Positions 7,016 through 14,904 of a stretch of DNA of 63,687 bases are shown here, piece by piece; positions within the stretch are counted from its first letter, which is position 1; the number at the start of each line of letters is the position of its first letter. Origin of the DNA: a virus. The DNA is taken from the IMG/VR virus record IMGVR_UViG_3300045988_102303. One strand, given 5' to 3'. The notes beneath the pieces were generated by a model. It saw only the letters and a program-made list of their open reading frames with translations, had not been told where the DNA came from and searched no databases. A program made the position numbers and the translations under genes.

Positions 7016-7611
7016 TATTTATATTCCCCCTTTGTTTCTACTATATAAGTTGCTACCATATCAGCCATGTGTAATAGGAATGCTAATTTATTTTCTTCAA
7101 ATACATCATACAAATTATTAATACTTGATAATGTACTAATATCATAAGCTCCCATATGCCAATAGATAGCTTCTTTTTCATAATCTTCTAGTTTTATAAA
7201 ATCCTGTAGTATACTTAGTGATTTAGCACCATGTCCTAACTTACAATACTCTGACTTTTTATATCCTAATTTTTGCTCCCACTTGCCAGACTCAGTTCTT
7301 TGTGGTGGAACATTTACCATTGTTTCTTGATAAGTATTAATTTTACAGAAGTCATGAGCTAATGCTACTATTATAATACTATCTTTTGGTATACCTTGTA
7401 TATCATAGAATTTAATTAGTTCTCTTAACTCATATGCAACGTTTAATGTATGCACTACAAGTCCCCCAGGATAACTACCATGAAATCTCGTACTTGCTGG
7501 AGCTGAATAAAAATCTGTTGTGTCTAACCAATCTAATAAGTCTATTATTCCATCCCTTTTAACTTGACTCATGATATTTATAAATTGTTCTCTATTTGTC
7601 ATTCTAGTCAT
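7015..7611 (-). CDS. HD-domain metal-dependent phosphohydrolase
   Basis: RFHGSYPGGLVVHTLNV ... ALAHDFCK (H...HD) ... HMADMVA. Confidence 0.7.
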   Translation of the reverse strand: MTRMTNREQFINIMSQVKRDGIIDLLDWLDTTDFYSAPASTRFHGSYPGGLVVHTLNVAYELRELIKFYDIQGIPKDSIIIVALAHDFCKINTYQETMVNVPPQRTESGKWEQKLGYKKSEYCKLGHGAKSLSILQDFIKLEDYEKEAIYWHMGAYDISTLSSINNLYDVFEENKLAFLLHMADMVATYIVETKGEYK

Positions 7612-7948
7612 CTCGCCCCTCCTTCAGTTCTAAATATTCTTTATAATTGACTATAGGTATAATTGCGTATTGGTCGTTTAGTTTTTGGGTACCAAAATCA
7701 AATATTATCGCCCAATTCATTTTTCCCATCTCGATACATTCCTTTTGTAAAGTGCGCATCCATTCCTCTTTTACTGTATGAGATGTACTTAGCTTTGTTT
7801 TTGTTTTACATTCAACTATTGTGTCCTCTAAAAGAATATCGCCTTTTTTATGTTTTGCGCCACTGTTAGGTGTTAATACCCCACCTAAATATTTAGCTAC
7901 TTTTTCCTCTTGTAATCTACTATAATGTCTGGTTGGTTTATTTTCCAT
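7604..7948 (-). CDS. PD-(D/E)xK-type nuclease (possible junction resolvase)
   Basis: NSGAKHKKGDILLEDTIVECKTK fits G-D ... E-x-K nuclease core; SD TATAAGGAGGTAAGCGGA-ATG. Confidence 0.5.
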   Translation of the reverse strand: MENKPTRHYSRLQEEKVAKYLGGVLTPNSGAKHKKGDILLEDTIVECKTKTKLSTSHTVKEEWMRTLQKECIEMGKMNWAIIFDFGTQKLNDQYAIIPIVNYKEYLELKEGRDD

Positions 7949-7969
7949 TCCGCTTACCTCCTTATAAAG

Positions 7970-7999
7970 GTTATATACAATTGTATTAATTTATGTTAA
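7970..7999 (-). promoter_or_regulatory. Family-1-like promoter (ATTAACA-N16-TATATAAC)
   Basis: Minus strand ATTAACATAAATTAATACAATTGTATATAACC overlapping the stop of the sigma gene. Confidence 0.5.
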
Positions 8000-8599
8000 T
8001 TCTTTTCTGCATTTTTGTTTGAACTTACTTACTGTATTTGAAACATGACTTCTAGTAACTCCTAACTCTGCTGCGATATCTACAGGTCTAATACCTTGCA
8101 TGTATTTTAATAATATTATTCTCTTAGTTCCCACATAATTTTGTTCAATGAGTTGTATTGCACTCTCTTTCAATGTCTTCAACTCGCAATCAGTAGCGGT
8201 ATCATCTTCTGCAACCAATTTTGCTTGAAGTGGAACATTATCGGTATCTACTATAATTTGATTAAGACTAGACAATGACCATGTCCCTTGACCTGTTTCA
8301 TAGCGTGTGGCATATGTTTTTAATTTTGTCAAAGAACTTAATATTTGCCAATAGCAATGAGTAAGAAATTTAGTTCCCTTTGTTTCGTCATAAGTTTCTA
8401 TTGCTTGCATAACCCCTATCCACGCTGTTTGAAAGGAATCTTGAGGTAGCTGCTTTGCACCATGAGATTTAATTACGCTCCATATGAATGCTTCCAATTC
8501 AGGAGCTAATTTATCTAGAAGAAGGCGCTTTTCAACGCCTTCTGATTGTTGTATTTGTAATACTAACTCTTGGATTAATTCAGAATTATTTGTTTTCAT
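7991..8599 (-). CDS. Phage sigma-70-family factor
   Basis: Region-2-like FIWSVIKSH...ETYDETKGTKFLTHCYWQILSSL and region-4 HTH VDIAAELGVTRSHVSNTVSKFKQK. Confidence 0.7.
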   Translation of the reverse strand: MKTNNSELIQELVLQIQQSEGVEKRLLLDKLAPELEAFIWSVIKSHGAKQLPQDSFQTAWIGVMQAIETYDETKGTKFLTHCYWQILSSLTKLKTYATRYETGQGTWSLSSLNQIIVDTDNVPLQAKLVAEDDTATDCELKTLKESAIQLIEQNYVGTKRIILLKYMQGIRPVDIAAELGVTRSHVSNTVSKFKQKCRKELT

Positions 8600-9758
8600 T
8601 ATACATCACCTTATCAAGTCTACTTATAATAGTTGCTTTAAGTTCTTTATTAGTTCTTAGTTCATCTAATAGTTTACTTTTACCTTGAAATTTTATCTCA
8701 TTTCCTACTGCATCTAACACGACATTATAATCATCATCTAAATAATAATACCAACTACCGCCTTGACGTATTATTCTATATTGTAGGGCTACTGTAATTG
8801 TATCAGCTAATACATCTATGCCTTCTGTATAATTTAATGTATAATATCCAACTCTTCTATCAGGTTTACATACTTTAGTTTTTGCAATTTCTATCCCAAC
8901 TTTATTACCTGCTGGATTTTCAGCTCTAGAAGTTAACTCACCATTGTTCATATCTAACAAAGTATCTTTTCTAAATCTCAATCTTAATGAACATGCATGT
9001 TTCCACATTTTACCGCCTGGAGTTGATGTTGTATTATACATACTTGATAAATCTTCTCTAATTTGATTTATACCTATGAATGCACATTGATTTTGTACCA
9101 AGTGAGGTGTAACTTTACTACAAAATACAGTCAATGCTTGGGATATGCCTCCATATGATTTTTTCTCTAAGGATTCTTCTAATATATTTTGAGATACTAA
9201 CATTGGGATTGAATCAAGTACACATAAGCCTACATCACCTGTAGCTATTAAATCCAAAGCTATTTGTAATACTTGTTCAGCAGTTTGTTCTTGAGGTCTT
9301 ACTAATATCATTGCTTCGGTATCTACGCCCAATAATTGCGCCCATTTTACATCAAGTGTTTGTTCAGCATCTATATATACCACTACTTTTGGGCCTTTTT
9401 CTACATATTCAACTAAATCAGCTGTTAATTTATCTGCTTTCTTTTTAGATTCTTTATTATCTTTTTCTTTTAGTTGCTCTATTTCGTCTAACACTTCTTC
9501 CCTATGTTGGTCAAATACTTCATTAAATTTCTTTTGTGCATTTGCACATATATCTAATGCTGAAGTTGTTTTACCTCCACCTTCGCCACCGAAAAACTCA
9601 GTTATTTTACCTACTGGAATACCACCATAAGTCATCCAATTAGCCGTAGGTGAGCTAAATGGGATTTTTTCGACTTCTATTATGTCAGTACCTTGATTAA
9701 TTATTTGGGCTTTGAATTTTTTATTAATCTCTGCCATTTTTAAATCAATGTTTCTCAT
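8586..9758 (-). CDS. RecA/UvsX-like recombinase (390 aa; start trimmed to the MRNIDL ATG)
   Basis: Walker A GGEGGGKTT, RecA-like core (VVVYIDAE, CVLDSI); SD AAGGAGGGATATT-ATG at 9758; the track start at 9812 has no SD. Confidence 0.8.
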   Translation of the reverse strand: MRNIDLKMAEINKKFKAQIINQGTDIIEVEKIPFSSPTANWMTYGGIPVGKITEFFGGEGGGKTTSALDICANAQKKFNEVFDQHREEVLDEIEQLKEKDNKESKKKADKLTADLVEYVEKGPKVVVYIDAEQTLDVKWAQLLGVDTEAMILVRPQEQTAEQVLQIALDLIATGDVGLCVLDSIPMLVSQNILEESLEKKSYGGISQALTVFCSKVTPHLVQNQCAFIGINQIREDLSSMYNTTSTPGGKMWKHACSLRLRFRKDTLLDMNNGELTSRAENPAGNKVGIEIAKTKVCKPDRRVGYYTLNYTEGIDVLADTITVALQYRIIRQGGSWYYYLDDDYNVVLDAVGNEIKFQGKSKLLDELRTNKELKATIISRLDKVMYNENK

Positions 9759-9788
9759 AATATCCCTCCTTATATTTAAGTTGTATGT

Positions 9789-9829
9789 ATTATATACAAA
9801 AAACCCTTGCAACTGTAAAGCTACAAGGG
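9789..9829 (-). promoter_or_regulatory. Nested terminator/promoter module (TTTACA-N17-TATATAAT)
   Basis: Minus strand CCCTTG-N14-CAAGGG hairpin with TTTACA in its loop, then TTTTTTG-TATATAATAC; sits between dut stop and recA-like start. Confidence 0.55.
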
Positions 9830-9838
9830 CTAAAATTA

Positions 9839-10354
9839 TTATTGACCAGTTGAACCATAACCTCCACGATTTGGGTTATCTAATGATTCAACTTCTTCAA
9901 AATCTACATTAGGATTAGATTTTTGTATTGTCATTTGTACTAATCTATCATGAACTTTTATACTACCTGGTCTAGTTGCGTAAAATACTGCTAGCCACTC
10001 ATCTGTATCTCCACAATAATTTGAGTCTATAAGTCCTATACTATTAGTTAATATTAAACCTTTTTTAGCGAATGTACTACTTCTTGGAATTACATGAGCC
10101 TCATATCCTTTACCTAATTCTAAAGCAAATCCCAAAGCACAAATTATAACATCACCTCTTTTATATTTAGCTATTATTAAATCTTCACATTTTTGGGCTA
10201 ACTCAAATACATTCGCATTAAATGTATTCGCTAGTGATTCACTACGAACAACCCATACTTTACTTGTAGCGCAATCATACCAGTTACCATTATTTTTTAC
10301 AGGTAATTGTGCGCTTGGTCTTATTTTTCTTATTCTTACTTTTTTATTTGCCAT
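9839..10354 (-). CDS. dut: dUTP diphosphatase (trimeric dUTPase)
   Basis: Motifs PRSS, GLIDSNYCGD and C-terminal RGGYGSTG. Confidence 0.85.
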   Translation of the reverse strand: MANKKVRIRKIRPSAQLPVKNNGNWYDCATSKVWVVRSESLANTFNANVFELAQKCEDLIIAKYKRGDVIICALGFALELGKGYEAHVIPRSSTFAKKGLILTNSIGLIDSNYCGDTDEWLAVFYATRPGSIKVHDRLVQMTIQKSNPNVDFEEVESLDNPNRGGYGSTGQ

Positions 10355-10365
10355 TGTGTTACCTC

Positions 10366-10437
10366 CTAGAATTTTAATAATTGTAATAATGTTAACCCAT
10401 GTAATTGTCTATCTAATGTTTCTAATATTGAATACAT
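10366..10437 (-). CDS. Mini-ORF (23 aa, not in ORF track)
   Basis: Strong SD TATAAGGAGGTAAAATT-ATG; MYSILETLDRQLHGLTLLQLLKF; its stop TAG lies inside the SD (TAGGAGG) of dut. Confidence 0.35.
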   Translation of the reverse strand: MYSILETLDRQLHGLTLLQLLKF

Positions 10438-10470
10438 AATTTTACCTCCTTATAAAAAATTAACTCACTA

Positions 10471-11271
10471 TTAAAATAATTTTTTCTGTTTTTTAGATAT
10501 GTCAGTTTTTGTGTTTAATTGTGCATCATACAATTTAGGATACTTTAATCGTTCTTCAGCTATATTGAAATACTTTTTATCCAATTCTATGCCGATAAAT
10601 TTTCTATTAGTGTTTAAACAAGCAACACCTGTACTCCCACTGCCCATTGTAAAGTCCAGAACTAAATCTCCTTCATTAGTATAAGTCTTAATTAAATATT
10701 CAAGTAGTGCAACTGGTTTCTGAGTTGGATGTAAACCTCTATCCCTTTTGTATTGTAATATATTTACAGGATATCGATACATATATTCACTAACACGCTC
10801 ATCTGAATACTTCAAGGGAGAAGTCTCACTTTTGCTGTTACTTCCCGCTTTTCTATTCATTTTCTCAGATTTAGCTAATTTACTCATTTGTGGGTTATAA
10901 ACTGGAGTTTTATTGCAAAATACAGATATATTTTCATTTTTCATCAAAGGTCTATAGCGTACCAGTTGAAAGCCAACACCCTGTTCTTTTTCCCAAATCC
11001 AATCATATTTATAGTTTTTTATATTACTTGTTCTTAGCTTACTACTAAATGGCTCAGTCCCAAATAATACAATAGCCCCATTAGGTTTTATTAATTTATT
11101 TAATCTCGTCCACATCTCGTTCAAAGGTATAATCACATCCCATTTGCAAGCAGTAGTTCCATATGGTGGGTCAGTGATTATAACATCAACTACTATGCCC
11201 TTTGCAATTAGTTTATCCATTACTTCCAAACAATCCCCATTATACAATTGGTATTTCTCATTCTCAATCAT
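10471..11271 (-). CDS. Beta-class DNA (amino) methyltransferase 1, probably N6-adenine
   Basis: Motif IV DPPYG near N-terminus, motif I DFTMGSGSTG near C-terminus; ends ...KKQKKLF. Confidence 0.85.
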   Translation of the reverse strand: MIENEKYQLYNGDCLEVMDKLIAKGIVVDVIITDPPYGTTACKWDVIIPLNEMWTRLNKLIKPNGAIVLFGTEPFSSKLRTSNIKNYKYDWIWEKEQGVGFQLVRYRPLMKNENISVFCNKTPVYNPQMSKLAKSEKMNRKAGSNSKSETSPLKYSDERVSEYMYRYPVNILQYKRDRGLHPTQKPVALLEYLIKTYTNEGDLVLDFTMGSGSTGVACLNTNRKFIGIELDKKYFNIAEERLKYPKLYDAQLNTKTDISKKQKKLF

Positions 11272-11285
11272 CTAAACTCGCCCCC

Positions 11286-11981
11286 TTAAAATAAATGTTT
11301 TTGTCTCCCACTCGGCTCACTCTTCTTTAGGCGTTCTTCCGCTATATTAAAATAATCTTCATCTAATTCGATGCCGATAAATCTACGATTAGTATTCATA
11401 CACGCTACACCAGTTGAGCCACTGCCCATAAATGGGTCTAAAATTAATTCGTCCTTATTTGTTGACTGTTTTATAAAAATCTTCAACAAATCAACAGGTT
11501 TTTGTGTGGGGTGATATATATTTCCAGTTGCGTGAGCTGGTATGATGTCTGGAAATCTTTTACCGTTTCTTAATCTTCTCCCCTTATGCCCAAATAATAT
11601 AAATTCATGTTTAGGAGCATACGCTCCCTTTAAGTCCCCCATAGTTGAATTATGCTTATCCCATACTATTATATTTTTTAGTTTAAAATATTTTTCAAAT
11701 GCAATTTTAAATTTATCTATATGATGCCAACTACAGAAGCAATATATATGAGTGTTATCTTTTAGTAGCTTATCGCATTTCTGAAAAAATTCATCAAGAT
11801 ACGATAAATCGTCATCATTGGCAATTTTTTTATACTTCTCGGTTCTTTGGCCACTTTGAAAATTTATCCCATATGGAGGGTCTGTTATTACTGCATCTAC
11901 TTTGACTCCAGTCTCGATTAATTTATCCATAACCTTCAAGCAATCCCCATTATATAACTCATATTTGTCATTTTTAATCAT
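11286..11981 (-). CDS. Beta-class DNA (amino) methyltransferase 2
   Basis: DPPYGINF ... HPTQKP ... DPFMGSGSTG; ends ...GRQKHLF. Confidence 0.85.
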   Translation of the reverse strand: MIKNDKYELYNGDCLKVMDKLIETGVKVDAVITDPPYGINFQSGQRTEKYKKIANDDDLSYLDEFFQKCDKLLKDNTHIYCFCSWHHIDKFKIAFEKYFKLKNIIVWDKHNSTMGDLKGAYAPKHEFILFGHKGRRLRNGKRFPDIIPAHATGNIYHPTQKPVDLLKIFIKQSTNKDELILDPFMGSGSTGVACMNTNRRFIGIELDEDYFNIAEERLKKSEPSGRQKHLF

Positions 11982-12000
11982 CTATTCACACCCCCTTCAA

Positions 12001-12492
12001 TTATTTTAATATATTATTTCTTGTTATTTCTAATTCAGATGTCTTCCAACTTTGAACTTTTTTCAAGCTCGAATGTAGCATAGTTGCTATCTCTATTTTA
12101 CTTGCACATTCTTTATAAGCTCTTAACATTACATCTTCCACGAATTGTTCATTCATTGATTGATTTTGTGCTACGGATGTTTTTTTAGAGACTGTTCCTT
12201 GAGTCTGCTCTAAATATGCCTCATTGAATACCGTACGTCTTTGCATTTTAGCCGCATCAGATTTTATTCCTAATTCTGTTATTTTACCAGTTATATCATA
12301 TAATAATATCGGCAATATAGTTATATAGTAATTAAGTTGTTGAGGAGAAATATCCTCCTCATTACTTAATAATACTTGTATTTCATTGATACACTTGTCA
12401 AGCTCTGACGTATAGCTAGATGTGATATTATTAACTGTGTCAATTACATCTAGTGTATCTGTATTTAACTTTTGTATTAACGGTAGGCGCAT
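12001..12492 (-). CDS. Hypothetical helical protein (start ambiguous: 12492 or 12507)
   Basis: ATG at 12492 has GGGGTGGAAAAGA upstream; ATG at 12507 has no SD; no motif recognised. Confidence 0.55.
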   Translation of the reverse strand: MRLPLIQKLNTDTLDVIDTVNNITSSYTSELDKCINEIQVLLSNEEDISPQQLNYYITILPILLYDITGKITELGIKSDAAKMQRRTVFNEAYLEQTQGTVSKKTSVAQNQSMNEQFVEDVMLRAYKECASKIEIATMLHSSLKKVQSWKTSELEITRNNILK

Positions 12493-12992
12493 TCTTTTCC
12501 ACCCCATCTCATATGATACATAAGACTTGACATAACAGAGTCAAATTCAACTTTGTTAATAGTGCAATTTGTTATTTTATATGTCACTGGTATTTCTCTT
12601 ATTAATTCATGTTCCTCACAATCCCTAATTGAAATTGATTTTTTACATCGTATTTCTAAGAACTCTCTACATACTACTGCTGGTATAAAATATGCTTTTT
12701 GTTGTTCTCTAAATTCAACACATAACCCACCTAGTATACCATCTATTTTTCCAAGTTCAACTAATGCGTCTATTTGTCTTTTAGTTGTTTCTTTGTTTAA
12801 ATAAATATGGTCATATTGGGTACTTTTTAGTTCAAATAAATATTGATAGGGGTAACGATAATATATAAAATCACATGGATTTCTAACTCCTGAAAAACCA
12901 TTAGTTGTATCATATAATCTAATACAACTTAGTCCAAGACTGTCTTTAAAATTTTGCTCCCATCTTTTTCCGTCGTTCATATTATTCACCAT
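12477..12992 (-). CDS. recU: RecU-type Holliday-junction resolvase
   Basis: NPCDFIYYRYPYQYLFELKST fits the RecU D-F ... F-E-x-K-S/T catalytic core. Confidence 0.55.
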   Translation of the reverse strand: MVNNMNDGKRWEQNFKDSLGLSCIRLYDTTNGFSGVRNPCDFIYYRYPYQYLFELKSTQYDHIYLNKETTKRQIDALVELGKIDGILGGLCVEFREQQKAYFIPAVVCREFLEIRCKKSISIRDCEEHELIREIPVTYKITNCTINKVEFDSVMSSLMYHMRWGGKECAYR

Positions 12993-13758
12993 CTTTCATA
13001 CATTGATTTTGATACTTACAATATTTGCATTTATTTAATTCTCGTGGTGGTACTTCTTTATTATCTATGAAAGTATTAACACAATCAATTATACTTTCTA
13101 TTCTATTTTTCATTAGCTCATTTACTTCAACTAAATAACCCTTTTTAGTGCAGTTATCTCTATCCTCATAAATGAATAATACTTTTGGTACACCTATTGT
13201 CATTGAATAACAAGTTGCTTGCAGCTTGTGGTCGGGCCAAGCATCTGTATGACGATTGAATTTATGAGTTGACTCTGTTTTTATTTCAACTATATAATAC
13301 TCGCCATTATATTTTATTAAACCATCACACATAAAACGCATATTATATTTATGAGAATATAATTTTGTTTCATTTCCAACTTTACTTATTATCTCTGGGT
13401 CTGTTACTTTATGTTCTTTAAGATATTTACCAACATCCAGCCATTGACAATCTATATTGTATTTATTCATTTTTGCTATATAATCTTGAATACGTTCATG
13501 TCTATCTGTACCACTTTCACATATACCAATCAAATTAACTCCAGAATCGGAATCGTCTGGGGATACCCCTGTTAATTGATAATATAAACTTCTAATACAG
13601 CTACTTATACCTGAAGGTTTAAATGATTGAGTAGGAGTTCTGACTGAACCCCTATCTTCCTCTTCTATGGTATAAATTAGGTCTTCAATAAATTGTTCTG
13701 CAACTTTATTCTCTTGAGCTTGCTTTACCATTTTAGCAAGTGCCCCTAATTTTGCCAT
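12982..13758 (-). CDS. Cas4/RecB-family PD-(D/E)xK exonuclease with Fe-S cysteines
   Basis: One N-terminal Cys (SSCIRSLYYQ) plus C-terminal CKYCKYQNQC (C-x2-C-x5-C); core YYIVEIKT. Confidence 0.65.
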   Translation of the reverse strand: MAKLGALAKMVKQAQENKVAEQFIEDLIYTIEEEDRGSVRTPTQSFKPSGISSCIRSLYYQLTGVSPDDSDSGVNLIGICESGTDRHERIQDYIAKMNKYNIDCQWLDVGKYLKEHKVTDPEIISKVGNETKLYSHKYNMRFMCDGLIKYNGEYYIVEIKTESTHKFNRHTDAWPDHKLQATCYSMTIGVPKVLFIYEDRDNCTKKGYLVEVNELMKNRIESIIDCVNTFIDNKEVPPRELNKCKYCKYQNQCMKDGE

Positions 13759-13769
13759 TTCAATACCCC

Positions 13770-14828
13770 CTATTCATTATCCATTGTGGATAATAACATT
13801 TTATCTTTGTCTGATACTATTTTTATTAAATCTGGATTTCCATATTCAATATCTATAGTAGGAGAATCTACTGAGCTGATTAAATCATATAAGAACTTGA
13901 TATTTACTTCATATACTATATCTTCATGTCTAGGGCTGTCTTTTGTTGTTATGCTTTCCACTGAACCGCCTGATGTTTGTAGAGTTATTAAATCACCTAC
14001 AAATGCTATTTGCAAAGTATTCATATCATATACATCAATAAATAATCCTATTCTATTCAATGCCTTTAAGAATTCTTGTGTATCAACTGTGCATAAACTT
14101 GGTTGTGATTCTTCTATCATTGGTAATATACCTGGATATTCTTCAACACCTTCCATTAATGTTCCGCTTATTACTATATTTTTACATTCGAACATTATTG
14201 AATTATTATCTGTATCTACAAATATATCAACTTTTTCATCATTTAATGTAGATGCTAAATTTGCTAGAGAAGGTGGAATTAATACTTCTAACCCGTCACA
14301 TTCAAAATCTGATGCATTTACTTTTATTGCGTCTGCTGTTATTATATGGTTACTTCTAATTAGATATCCAAATAAACAACCATCAGCAGCTGTTTGAGAT
14401 TTAACGTTTTTTCCTACGTTAAAACCATGCTTCAAGTTGTAAGTAACACAATCTTTTATTTCTAATGCTCCATTAGTTTCGATTTTATGGTCAGGATATA
14501 CTTCATCTTGTACTAGCTCAACTTTATATGTTCCATTACCTTTTACTTCTAGATAAGTTCCTTTATCTGTAAGAGTAACATTTTCTGTTGTTGTTTTATT
14601 TATCAGTCTTACAAATTGGTCTGTCTTTATTATGAACTCAACTGGTTCATCATTTACTTCATTATCTTGGAATACTGTTATGTGATTATCCCCATCTGTT
14701 GCATTAATTTTTAGTCCGTCACTATCACATATTAATTGAATATAATTAGATATTTCTAATAATGGATTTGGTTTTATTTTAGTCACATGTCCCAGCATGT
14801 TTTTTAATTTATTTGTGTTTATCTTCAT
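13770..14828 (-). CDS. dnaN: Sliding clamp, bacterial beta (DnaN)-like
   Basis: 352 aa; N-terminus LKNMLGHVTKI...NPLLEISNYIQLICDSDGLKINATDGDNHI resembles the DnaN domain I pattern; size fits three-domain beta. Confidence 0.7.
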   Translation of the reverse strand: MKINTNKLKNMLGHVTKIKPNPLLEISNYIQLICDSDGLKINATDGDNHITVFQDNEVNDEPVEFIIKTDQFVRLINKTTTENVTLTDKGTYLEVKGNGTYKVELVQDEVYPDHKIETNGALEIKDCVTYNLKHGFNVGKNVKSQTAADGCLFGYLIRSNHIITADAIKVNASDFECDGLEVLIPPSLANLASTLNDEKVDIFVDTDNNSIMFECKNIVISGTLMEGVEEYPGILPMIEESQPSLCTVDTQEFLKALNRIGLFIDVYDMNTLQIAFVGDLITLQTSGGSVESITTKDSPRHEDIVYEVNIKFLYDLISSVDSPTIDIEYGNPDLIKIVSDKDKMLLSTMDNE

Positions 14829-14859
14829 TATGAAGAACCTCCTTTTTCTAAATATGTAT

Positions 14860-14896
14860 GTTATATATAATAAAGACTCGGTTTTGTTAACCGAGC
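14860..14896 (-). promoter_or_regulatory. Nested terminator/family-1 promoter module
   Basis: Minus strand CTCGGTT-AACAA-AACCGAG hairpin containing TTAACA, then TCTTTATTA-TATATAAC; between pol stop and clamp start. Confidence 0.55.
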
Positions 14897-14904
14897 CTGT
14901 AAAA

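Noticed and set aside
7015-7611. HD hydrolase + MazG-like/DUF1599 as a Z-genome (2-aminoadenine) DatZ/MazZ system
   Set aside because: No PurZ (adenylosuccinate-synthetase-like) gene exists anywhere in this complete genome, so the defining enzyme is missing.
9759-9812. N-terminal extension MQGFFVYNTYNLNIRRDI of the RecA-like ORF
   Set aside because: It overlaps the promoter -10 region, and only the downstream ATG at 9758 has an SD (AAGGAGGG).
10391-10396. GTTAAC inside the dut upstream region as another family-1 promoter
   Set aside because: There is no TATATAAT-like box at the required 17-nt distance (the sequence there is ATTCTA). GTTAAC alone is expected by chance in this composition.
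13786-14397. 203-aa plus-strand ORF (and all other plus-strand ORFs in the track, e.g. 504..701, 30306..30680, 42954..43277, 61840..62211)
   Set aside because: Each lies antisense to a well-supported minus-strand gene, lacks an SD, and translates to low-complexity L/I/F/S/Y-rich sequence typical of the reverse frame of AT-rich coding DNA.
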